DNA of 64,000 nt from Nemertoderma westbladi. Taxonomy: Eukaryota > Animalia > Xenacoelomorpha. Numbering within the stretch: position 1 is the stretch's first letter; each line of letters begins with the position of its first letter. Shown here one piece after another: positions 38,215 to 48,401 of the stretch. Below the pieces are notes generated by a model, which was given only the letters and a program-made list of their open reading frames with translations, had not been told where the DNA came from and made no database searches. The stretch is taken from positions 51,981 to 115,980 of the forward strand of contig JAUCBJ010001588.1 of the NCBI GenBank assembly GCA_032718475.1. The letters are read 5' to 3'. Made by a program: the position numbers and the translations under genes.

Positions 38215-40135
38215 GACAGAATAACCCGTGGGTATTCGGGGTCTTTGTATAACAGATGAATGTAAGTTCTGTATACAAACGTCCTGAAAAAGGGCAAATC
38301 CCGCGCTGTTTAGCTTCTCCGCAGCTGAGTCTCTCAGGCTGAGTTTGGTCAGAGCGCGGTCCTTGAACTGACTTAAGCAGGTCTCTATACTTTAAATATT
38401 GTGTGGTATATGTTTCCACATCTCCATATCGTTGTATTCTTTCTTCCTCGAATAACACGTCAAGATTCCAGTGTACTAAACGAGTTTTGATGAATCCATC
38501 AAGATTATACGGAGGTATCGTTTCTTTCTCTATTCTGGAAACATTATATGGTTTTCGAAATAAGTTTACTTTAACTAACTGATCCAGATGTTTCTGCAGT
38601 TGTTCGAGTTCAACAAGATCGAGAGGATTTATTAGTGGTAGAAACTTCAGACTATGTGTAGGATCTTCCGGTTTTACCATGTAATATTGTGTTAGGTTGA
38701 CGTAATAAGGGTGATCTTTGATCCCATAAAACGAGTCCGGTAAAGGTCTAGCGCGTATGTTAACATCGTGTACCATGCGACGGACAAGATCCGCTCTATT
38801 GTCCGGAGGTTCAACGAGTATACCATCGACACGAGCGGCTTCGATGGGCGGACGCTGTAACATGGGAGCGTCAGCGATAAGATCTCGAGATCTTAGGTTG
38901 ATATCAACCGGTTGGGGTTGTACCGTCGCAAAGAGTTTGTCTCCGAAATGGGGAACCATCGAGGGATGAAGGATGGTTTTAGAGTAGAGATCCGTCATAA
39001 GGATTTGAGCTTCGGGTTGAGCTAAAGCTGCTTCTTCTCTCTCATCCAGTTCTATATGTCTCTCCTCGAGCTGATTTTCCTCCGCTTGTTGTTGTAGACG
39101 CTCATCTAGGAACTCTTGTAAAGAGTAGGTTCGTCCACGTTCGATGTCCTCCTTGAGATTTTGTATTTCTCTATCGAACTGGGGTAAAGCTAATTCCTTC
39201 ACCGCTTGGACTTGTTGCAATTTACGTTTCTCCAAACAATCGTAAGTTCCCTTTCCGATTTTCTGCCGAATAGCGTTTAACGCGTTTCGTACGACGCTCT
39301 CTTCGACTTCCGAAACGGGTTGGATCGAGGTGAAGCCGGGACGGTTGTATGGGTTAAACGGCGATATTAGATGACCGCGTCCCAATCCAGCTAGGTAGGG
39401 TTGGCGAATATCTAGTGATCCTACTACCGGGGTGCCACCGATCAACTGTTCGGGTAACACTAGATCTTTGAACAGTGAGTACAGTTCGGGAGGATCCGTG
39501 ATACTATTAGGATCAAGAGTCTGAGGTCTAACTGAGGAATGAGGAGGTCTGACCGAGTATTCCGGAACTCTGATCATCGGTTTGTTCAAGGATCGTTTGA
39601 GTCGAGCGACCGTAGGGGATACGTCGAACAGGTTTCGCTCGAAACTCCCATAAGTATATCGTGTAAAACTGTGTTTAGCGCAACGTCTCCGCGGATGTTT
39701 ATGTCTTTCCGTTTGCTGATTGGGTCTAGGGCATTCGTCGCAGTAATACCAAAGACGCACGTCCTGCAGGGGAAACGCGGGTGATCGTTCTCCAGTTTTA
39801 CAATATTCCTCCATCTGTTCGAAGCTATCTGGGACGACAGGTAGCGGTCGATCGGCGGTAAGATACATCATAGTGAAATAGAGTCGTTTGAGTTCTATCA
39901 TAGGATCATGATGTATACCTTGAGGATATCGAGTTTCGAGATTTTGTTGGCTGGCAATATTGAGATATGTCTCTCTCAGGAATTCCAGATAATCGTTGAA
40001 GTCACTGCGTTTATCTGGCTCTTCAACGTCTTCCCTTTCGAGTCTGTTTCGAATAGAGTTCTCGTGTTCTATTCTCGGTTTATCGTTCCGACTCCGCTGG
40101 GTATGATAAAACCATTTCCCTTTCGGTATCCACAT
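38123..40135 (-). CDS. accessory ORF, main segment: Cys/His motif and coiled coil, function unknown
   Basis: 670-aa open frame; YYCDECP..HKH..RRCAKH; E/Q-rich heptads; decayed homologue in element B. Confidence 0.75.
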   Translation of the reverse strand: MWIPKGKWFYHTQRSRNDKPRIEHENSIRNRLEREDVEEPDKRSDFNDYLEFLRETYLNIASQQNLETRYPQGIHHDPMIELKRLYFTMMYLTADRPLPVVPDSFEQMEEYCKTGERSPAFPLQDVRLWYYCDECPRPNQQTERHKHPRRRCAKHSFTRYTYGSFERNLFDVSPTVARLKRSLNKPMIRVPEYSVRPPHSSVRPQTLDPNSITDPPELYSLFKDLVLPEQLIGGTPVVGSLDIRQPYLAGLGRGHLISPFNPYNRPGFTSIQPVSEVEESVVRNALNAIRQKIGKGTYDCLEKRKLQQVQAVKELALPQFDREIQNLKEDIERGRTYSLQEFLDERLQQQAEENQLEERHIELDEREEAALAQPEAQILMTDLYSKTILHPSMVPHFGDKLFATVQPQPVDINLRSRDLIADAPMLQRPPIEAARVDGILVEPPDNRADLVRRMVHDVNIRARPLPDSFYGIKDHPYYVNLTQYYMVKPEDPTHSLKFLPLINPLDLVELEQLQKHLDQLVKVNLFRKPYNVSRIEKETIPPYNLDGFIKTRLVHWNLDVLFEEERIQRYGDVETYTTQYLKYRDLLKSVQGPRSDQTQPERLSCGEAKQRGICPFSGRLYTELTFICYTKTPNTHGLFCRGSPDSGSACGDSCTYLSYAIGRRTNMLRS

Positions 40136-40400
40136 CGTCTGTATCGTGTAAATCGATAGGATGGCCGGTAGTTAAGAAGTCCATATACGTACCATTACGA
40201 TGCGTATAGCGAGCGGTGAACTTTCTATAGTCCAATTCATGCGTAAGTTGCTCCGGGGACATTGGCGGTTCGATATAACGACCATCATCCTCAGTAGTAG
40301 TTGGACCAGCGTCGCCGCGTATCAAGCTATCGACAAACGCTTGTAAAGGTAGAGTATATCGCTCCCTGATGCCAAGATCATCTTCTATCAACTCAGTCAT
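40080..40400 (-). CDS. accessory ORF, N-terminal segment (106 aa)
   Basis: ATG-initiated; homologous sequence at 62812-63117. Confidence 0.6.
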   Translation of the reverse strand: MTELIEDDLGIRERYTLPLQAFVDSLIRGDAGPTTTEDDGRYIEPPMSPEQLTHELDYRKFTARYTHRNGTYMDFLTTGHPIDLHDTDDVDTEREMVLSYPAESER

Positions 40401-41218
40401 ATCTGCTATGAGTTTATCAATATTATAATGAGTTTATATATTAGGCTAGCGGGCGTCGCTGCCTACCCCTCTTTTGCCCCTGGACAGTGTAAGATCCTCA
40501 GCGCCGATGTACCGTCGTCGCTGTGCTTTCGCCAACGATGTAGCTACACCACGACAACGATAACCGGCACAAGTCACTCCACTGTCCGTCCCAAAGGCTT
40601 AGATGTACTTCAGGTTCTTTCTGGAGAGTTAGGGCTACTTTCACAATTGCGACTCGCTACTGTAAACACACTTTAGCAGTAACATCCACCTATGAACGCA
40701 CAAATTCAACACAACTGCCATAAACTGTACACATTCAGGCCATTTGTCCGTTAGTCAGTACCTTCCAGAATGTCACTGTATTTATTATGTATCCTTGGAT
40801 ACTAGCAGTGCGCTATTTATTCCGTATGCTATTCAATGGACAAGCCTTTTATTGTTCTTTTAACTCACTTCTAATTGTAGCGTGGTTGTTGCCATGGTGA
40901 CATTATGGAAAGCTAGCGGTAGAATTAGGGTAATTCTCATGCATACAGATCTGGGATGCTATTTAATAGTAATTCTTTAATTGTCAATATCCTCTCCATA
41001 TATGACTTTATGAATTTTATTGGCTATTGACTATATATTGGAGATTCTCGCATACAAATACACTTTATAGAGTGAATCTCCGCTCCCATGATCTATTAAT
41101 TAATGGAATTTTGGGAATGTTATAAATTGTATAAAATGACAATTTATTAAATTCATTGAAATATATGAATTTAAATTTATTCCCTTAAATTTTATTATTT
41201 AATGTTAAATAGACACAA

Positions 41219-41484
41219 TTTTATTCCAGAATGTGTCGGGGGACTGGGATCCTTGATTCTAGGAATTTTGTCTTTTTAAGAGTATCGGTAAGTGCTACGA
41301 TATCTTAATCGACTAGAATTTTAAAGGATCTGATATTTGACAGATTTTATAAATATTAATGGTTAATATTTAAGATGGGCACCAGTTTATTCCAGAACTT
41401 GTCTGGGGACGTTAACCACTGATTCTAGAATTTTGTCTTTCAAGTATATCGGTGGGTGCCGCAATATCTTAATCGACTAGAATT
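41219..41484. repeat. two diverged ~100-bp direct repeats in the pol-accessory ORF spacer
   Basis: tttattccagaa...atatcttaatcgactagaatt at 41219-41320 and 41387-41484. Confidence 0.75.
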
Positions 41485-42037
41485 ACAGATGGTCAAAGGG
41501 TTTAACAGATTTATTTTGCGTTATACGCTACTGTTAAAAGGACATCACGCTACTATATGTATTATTTAATATACGGTATGAGAGCAATATCGCACAAAGC
41601 AATGTCAGTGTGAAGAGGCAAGTCGTTTCCAAGGTCTACCCAGAGCTTGGTTTAGCCGAGACACGAGGATCTGAACTTTGCATTCCTAATACTCTGCCTA
41701 CCAATAATACTTAAATATAGTAGGAGCTTTATTGTACTTTAATAAGTACGGACATTTCATCTTACTGTAGTTACGTATTTGTAAGGTAATACGGACAGTA
41801 AGGAAGGAGAAAAAGAATTATTTCTCGCCGTCGCACTAAATATATAATATGTAAGTAATTAAGTAATAAACGCGAATATATATTGCACTAATCTACTAAA
41901 TTATCGCTAAAATAACATTCTACTAAATAAAATTAAATAAAACGATTATAATAAAATTACATAACAATACATACATAAATATAAAATAATAAGAATAAAT
42001 ATAAAATAATATAGTCACACACCCACTCCGTATGTTG

Positions 42038-44494
42038 TTACGTTATGGAGTCCCTAGATATTTGTTGAATTAGGGAGGTGGTCGTGGGAAGAGTATCTTG
42101 CCTTCCACAGCTTCCGGACAGTTCTCGGTCTCTTTCCAGTAAACATAAACGACCAGCTGGGCGATTGAGTGGTTGCGTTACTTTCTCCGCTCCCTTGGCC
42201 TTTCTAATCTTAGCCGGGTTAAGGTGGGGAGGCCATTCATCTTCTTTACTTAGGAAGTCGGGTTCACCTAACCAGTCTGGAGTATCCGTCAGTTCTTGAG
42301 GAGTTGCTCCTCTGGAGGCGATGTCAGCTAGATTAATCGTCTCGGGGCAATGTCTCCATTGATCTACATTGGAGTTGATGTCGTCATTATCTGAGGAGTA
42401 TGGTCTTCCCTCAGTTGGATCGTCTAACTCACTGCTCTCATCTTCCCATTCTCTTACTTGATATACCTGATCTTTCGGTAATCTTTCCATGAGAGTTCTA
42501 CGGGAAGGGCCAGTAAAGTACCAACCCACTCTAGTTCTTCCCGCATAAGCTTGTAGTGGTTGCGGTTGAGCAGGCCGTTTCTCCAATGTCTCGAGCGCTT
42601 CATGCGCGTTTTGACCGCTGAGTATTTGGACTCCAGGGTAATCGGTGTTGAATCTAGGTATTTCAAGCTGCTGGGTGAAATCGTCCTCATCCCAGTTATA
42701 AGGTTCCACTTGGCTGGTAGCGAAGTTCTTTATCGCTACCAATTTTACTGACCTTATGCTGTGTTCTCCTAGTTCATCCTGGGGGGTGGACAACGCGCCT
42801 ACATAATAATCCGCTATTACGGTAGATTTCCAAACCTGCATAATTCCTGACATGTTTAGCTTAGTTCGGAATTTGGGTTGTCCAGCAAAGATGTCTTCGG
42901 CTAGTTCTTTGTCGATGAATGCTCCTGTGCTACCGGAGTCAAGGAGGGCGTTCACTATATAACTCCTTGTAGGTCCGTGGACCCTTAACTGTACTACAGG
43001 AAATTCTCGGATTCCTACATTGGAAATTGGTGCTTTCCAAGATGGTTGTCTGTCAGAAGTAGTTAGGGTGAGCTCGCTGTCGGTGTCCTTTTCATACGTA
43101 AGTGCTCGATACACTGCGGTATTTGTCAGGTAACAGGATTCGTTTTCATCGGAGAATTCGTCCGTATAGAATCCTTCCATCTCAGATTGATCAGTGTCGT
43201 TCACATCACTGAATTGGACATGTAGTTCGGAATCACTTACCTGACTCGGACTATTTCGCTCGAATTCAGTGTGCAACAAGATATGATGTTTTGCGCCGCA
43301 CTTTGCACACCTTGCGTCGGAGTAACAGGTTCGCCGTTGGTGTCCTCGTCTGAGGCAATAACAACACAACCGCTTATCCCACATGACTTCCCATCTCTCC
43401 GCTAATGATTTCTTCAGGAATTCATCACACATATTCAAACGGTGGGTCCCGTCACATAGCGCACATTTCGGTTTGATATTACTTACCTTATTTTGAATAA
43501 CATTGTGCACACTCGTTCTTTCTTCGGGCTTTCTCACCTGAATTATCTTGGGAGACGTAGGAGGAGTTTTTCTTACCTGTTCTCTCCTGTCATTGGTTCG
43601 AGACTTGAATTTACTTACCTGTTCTTTAGGCGTTTTATTGACATAATAAGATCTTTCAGTGTCTTTCCCGCTATCCTCTCCTTGAGAAGTCTGGCTTTCG
43701 CCGTCGTCTGTATAACACACTGGTGTTACTTTTCTCCTAGAGACGGGTTTCTCACTTACCTTGTTTTCCGGTGTCTTCTCTCTGGACTGCTTTATGAGCT
43801 GTAATTTCACTTCGCCATCCAAGAATGACATGAGATCAGCCATGGTAGGGTCTCGTTGTTGTTGTTCCATCATATATAAAACTTTCTTGTCCCAGCGTGT
43901 ACCTACTCCACCCTTCGGTAAAGTAGAAGCCACTGCTCTAATAACCATAGCACTCTGATACTCATGAGACTTACCTAGCCAATCTAATTGTCTGCAGATC
44001 TCCTGAATCTCATCGGAAAACTCTATAATCCCGCTGCTAATAAACTTTCGGGGCGCTACCAACTTTGCATACAAATACCCAGCTATGTTATTCCTATTAC
44101 CATACCTGAAGTTTAGGGTATCCCAAACTTGCCTTAATCCGTCTGGATGTCCAATAAACTTTAACGCCATTAACTTGGGAGATCCTTCCAAGCACTCGAT
44201 GAGGAATCTAAGTTTCTCTCCATTAGATAGTACAGAGTTCTGTATGTTATCTTTATAATATTCATTAAAAGGTAACCATTTCATCTCATCTCCATTGAAC
44301 TTGACGATCTCTCCCACCTTTACCGCTTGCCGGGCTTCGGTTCTAGCCATTTGACGCGTAAAACTTTCTTGGGCCATCGTGTTATTTAATATCGAGCTAT
44401 CGGTATATAAATTTCTCGGATTATAATCAGGTCTATAGGGAATATCACTATCAACAGGTCTATAATTACCCTTAATAGGGTTTACTATAGGAGT
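42038..44494 (-). CDS. BEL/Pao Gag core + aspartic protease fused to RNase H and integrase C-terminal stubs
   Basis: FNGDEMKW..F..EKLRFL..L.G (DUF1759-like), CALCDGTHRLNMC, CCYCLRRGHQRRTC, CAKCGAKHHILLH, ALLDSGSTGAFI, TRVGW, QWRHCP..NLADIASRG..W..P.FL..EWP, RPAGRLCLLE; frame is open upstream of the ATG at 44377 to ~44494. Confidence 0.93.
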   Translation of the reverse strand, partial: TPIVNPIKGNYRPVDSDIPYRPDYNPRNLYTDSSILNNTMAQESFTRQMARTEARQAVKVGEIVKFNGDEMKWLPFNEYYKDNIQNSVLSNGEKLRFLIECLEGSPKLMALKFIGHPDGLRQVWDTLNFRYGNRNNIAGYLYAKLVAPRKFISSGIIEFSDEIQEICRQLDWLGKSHEYQSAMVIRAVASTLPKGGVGTRWDKKVLYMMEQQQRDPTMADLMSFLDGEVKLQLIKQSREKTPENKVSEKPVSRRKVTPVCYTDDGESQTSQGEDSGKDTERSYYVNKTPKEQVSKFKSRTNDRREQVRKTPPTSPKIIQVRKPEERTSVHNVIQNKVSNIKPKCALCDGTHRLNMCDEFLKKSLAERWEVMWDKRLCCYCLRRGHQRRTCYSDARCAKCGAKHHILLHTEFERNSPSQVSDSELHVQFSDVNDTDQSEMEGFYTDEFSDENESCYLTNTAVYRALTYEKDTDSELTLTTSDRQPSWKAPISNVGIREFPVVQLRVHGPTRSYIVNALLDSGSTGAFIDKELAEDIFAGQPKFRTKLNMSGIMQVWKSTVIADYYVGALSTPQDELGEHSIRSVKLVAIKNFATSQVEPYNWDEDDFTQQLEIPRFNTDYPGVQILSGQNAHEALETLEKRPAQPQPLQAYAGRTRVGWYFTGPSRRTLMERLPKDQVYQVREWEDESSELDDPTEGRPYSSDNDDINSNVDQWRHCPETINLADIASRGATPQELTDTPDWLGEPDFLSKEDEWPPHLNPAKIRKAKGAEKVTQPLNRPAGRLCLLERDRELSGSCGRQDTLPTTTSLIQQISRDSIT

Positions 44495-46410
44495 TTATTT
44501 CTACTTCGCTAGCAGTATAGATGCGTGTAGGCTCCACACCTTGCGCATGAGATACTTCAGACCTAATAGGTTGACATATTGTTACAGAGGGTGGTGATAT
44601 ACCCTTTTGTAAATGTACTAATTTACTTTGCTGCACTTCTTGCAACTCTAACCTACTTTCCTTTATGGTTCCCTCCATCTTTCCGAGGAGAATATCCATC
44701 CCCCGCCGTCTCTCGTCTACCCAATCAACCGCCGAAGCGGGATCCGCCAACGTTGTAGCGGGCAGACGAGGGACTACGGGCGATATATCCTTTATATTTC
44801 GCTCGGAGTCCAGGACCGACACTGTTTCAGGGGCTGTTCCTCTAGGCACAGATAATTTGGTGCTGTGTAAAGGGAATTTAAAGGTAGGTTCTGGGAGTAC
44901 AGGTGTCTCTATCACCGAAGGGGTGATTTCAAGAACAGGCCTAATTATTTCAGGCTCATCTACTATAGTAGGGAGTCTTTCTATTTTAATTATTTGGTCT
45001 GTGGGTTCTGTACTACCTAAGCCTGCGCTAGTTAGTTGTCTTTTAACAGCTGGGGGCAAATCAGGCAATTTCTGATGGTGAGATGTTCTTCTACATCTGC
45101 TTAGACGAGATCTATTTCCCCCGCCTTCAGCATCGGTGGTATCGCCTTCCTCAGATGATGTATATCCCTGTCTTTTGGGAGTAGATCGATTCATCATCTG
45201 CATATTACTAGCTGTTAATTGTTTATTGATGTTGTCTTGCCTCTCTTGAAGATTTTCCAATTCTAGTTGGGTGGTCTCTTCAGCCGCTCTCCGTTCTGCT
45301 TCTGCCACTGCCACTGCCGCTTTTCTTTCCATGTCGGCTGCTTTTCTTTCCGCTTCTGCCGCTGCCACTGCCGCTTTCTTTCTGTCTTCTATCTGTTTTT
45401 TCTTTACTTGTTCTTCTTGGACTCTAGCAATGCGGAGTTGTTCATCAAATTTAGCTTGGTTCGCAGCTATCCTATCCACATCGATTGCGTCCAACACAAG
45501 CTTGGCTCCCTCACTATTAGGGCTAAGTCCACATCCACTGCGATTTCCACGGGGCAGCTCTTTGAACTTGGAGACTCACCCGCTGTAACCAAGTCTTTAC
45601 GGCAACTTGCAACGACGTGTCTTGCTTTCTTTTCGAAGCCTCCTCAAAGGCAGATAAGATTAGTCTGATTCTTAGAATTCTTTCTCTAACTTGATAAAGC
45701 AGCTCTCCCTGCTCTTGAGGTCCTTGTGGTTGTCTAAACAGTTGCTCCTCTAATCGCTCCATAGAGCTGAAGAATCCCTGTACGTATCCGGCTGCTGACC
45801 TCTTCCATACAGCTGGATCGATGGTTTCCTTTGTTACTCCCATCCTGTGTATGTCTTCCCAAGCAGCTTCTGATAAGTCAAACGGTAGTCCGGGTCCGGG
45901 GAAGCTCCATTGCGACTCGACAATAGACTTCAGTTCTTCCCGTATATATCCCGCATAACTATCCTTGGTCGATCGCTTACTTCTCGCCCAATCAATCTGG
46001 TGTTCCTCCACCGCAATCAATACCCTGGTGAGTACGGCTGCAGGAAGGATGAGAAGGGGATCCGAATAAACCGTATCCGCTATCTTCGCGTTCGGGCATT
46101 AGCTCAACAGTCTCAACAGACTACTGGAGCTCTCGGGCCGCTGAGAACTAGGTTCTTGGCTAGGAGGTTGCTGCTGTTTGACAGCTGCTTCTTGATCCCG
46201 CTTAACTTGGGCCCGAGTACCGATGATAGACCTACGGTGTTGGATTAGCCTAGGGTCTGATATTACTACAGGAGGGATGACCTTCCTCACAGTAGGAGGT
46301 GAACTGAACTTAGGTCTAGATGGTTCTACACCCCTATCTGAGTCGCAGATAGTTACATCTAATAAACTGTCTGACAGGTTCTGCTTAGTATCAGACATGT
46401 TTGTTTGCAC
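44472..46410 (-). pseudogene. frameshifted N-terminal Gag extension (coiled-coil and Pro-rich), in three ORF pieces
   Basis: ORFs 46099-46410, 45523-46020 and 44472-45497 lie end to end on the gag strand. Confidence 0.65.
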
Positions 46411-46537
46411 AGTTGAATGCTTACTGCTATATTACAGTCTAAGCAAGTCTAGTAATTCAGTATTAACTGTTAGCCTAGTAACTAATTACCCATACTGCTA
46501 CTCAGTGCAGCGTGATATATATATAATATAATATATT

Positions 46538-46790
46538 AGAATACCGGTATGCTTATAGTATATATAAATTTTATAACAGACTAGGTTTGTCACAGAATAC
46601 CGGTATATAATTTTAGCACAAATATATATAAATATATAATAGGCCTATCGTGAATACCGGTATACAGCTTACACCTATAGTATATATATAAGTATAATTA
46701 TTAACTAGAATTAATTACAGAATACCGGTATAATTACAGCCTAAATTTATAAATATATAATAGGCCTATCGTAAATACCGGTATATCAAT
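46538..46790. repeat. five degenerate ~60-bp repeats with core AATACCGGTAT in the element A leader
   Basis: Cores near 46540, 46596, 46653, 46721, 46774. Confidence 0.7.
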
Positions 46791-47486
46791 TATTTTAAAT
46801 AATTGAATTTCTGAATTTTAGGGGTTACTTGGTTACTTTGCTTACTTTATTACCGTTATTTGAGCAGTAGTCCAACTGATATTGAGACCTAATTGTTGTA
46901 TGGTATGTTGTATTTTTAGGGTAATTTTACAAGAAGCCTACAAACCAGCCTAACAAAGGGTTAGAATTCTGGTTATTACAAACGGACAGGATACTACGGT
47001 ATTTGAAAATAATAAGCAGTAGTAAATATATTGCGCTGTCCAGATAGGAAAAATACCACCGTCTGACGACCTATAACCGTATCGCTATAGGTACTACGTT
47101 ATGTATCACGGAGTGTTCCTACCTGGAAGTTAATTACCGCGGTCTACCAGAACCAACGTGCCTATTAACCACTTTACAACACAAATATACTGCCTACACA
47201 CTAATCACCTTCGGAAAGTACTGTACACTAAACCCTAAATTAGGTACAAGTACTTGTACAACAAATAATCAGTCGTTAAAAATACTTGAACAGCTAAAAG
47301 AACCACGGTATCTGCCGGAGTGACCAAAGCATAAAATCTCCAGTCTTTACCTACGCCAAGCAGCCCTGATGTAGTACCGGGGTTAGTTTAACTATAACGG
47401 TATGTATAACAAGCACAATTACTGTAGGAATAAACTTGGGGATATGAATGTTGCGAATAATCGCATAAACTCTGAATAATAAATAT

Positions 47487-48055
47487 TACGCTACGCGTAC
47501 AGACTACTCAAACAAAATGCAGACCAAATACTGACAGACTACTATCAAGCCCAAACAAACTACGGTATATGCAGACTCCGAAATGGTTAGTTAGTATGCG
47601 TTCTAACCGAGTAGTACGACTTATTCTTTCAGAGGGGGTTTACCTCACAGCACTGGAAGCCCCTACGTTCCCAACTGGCACTTTATCGGACATACACTCT
47701 ACACACACCGAAATTTCCTCAGACCTAACAACAGCCAGACAACTATCCAGCCTACAAATTATCTAAATAAGAATTATACGCTACCTGTACAGACTACACA
47801 AACAAAGTACAGACCAAACGATGGCAGACTACTATCAAGCCTAAATAAACTACAGTATATGCAGACTCCGAAATGATTAGTTAGTATGCGTTCTAACCTA
47901 GTAGTACGACTTATTCTTTCAAAGGGGGTTTACCTCACAGCACTTGAAGCCCCTACGTTCCTAACTAGCACTTTATCGGACAGATGCTCTACACACACTG
48001 CAATCCGTTCAGACTTAACAACAGTTAGACAACAGTCAAGCCTACAAATTATCTG
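47487..48055. repeat. tandem 290-bp duplication in the element A leader
   Basis: 47487-47765 matches 47777-48055. Confidence 0.9.
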
Positions 48056-48401
48056 TACAATCTGAGCAGGCTTACACGCCTTCTGCTCAATATTAACCTA
48101 CTAGTAAATAAAACTGACAGAAATAAGTAAAATCTCAATAAAAAACCAAGGCTGCAGTCCCTGATTAATTATTAAGGCCTACCGGTATATAACTATCAAA
48201 ATCGAATAATACTGCTGTACATGTACTGCTGTAGGTACCGGTCCGGGTGGTTAGGTAGTCAGGCCTACTGGGTACCGGTTGGCCGGTACTTCAGCTTTAT
48301 TGCCTACTGCAATACAGAAGCAATATCCGTTATTGTTCTTACCAGAACAATATTAAACTGTATTTATTGCCTACCCTGCAATTAGACGAAATATCCGTTA
48401 T

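Noticed and set aside
37096-40400. env gene
   Set aside because: No visible signal peptide, hydrophobic fusion or transmembrane segment
44490-44505. Programmed frameshift within gag
   Set aside because: No XXXYYYZ slippery heptamer; BEL gag-pol is normally one ORF, so a 1-bp lesion is more likely
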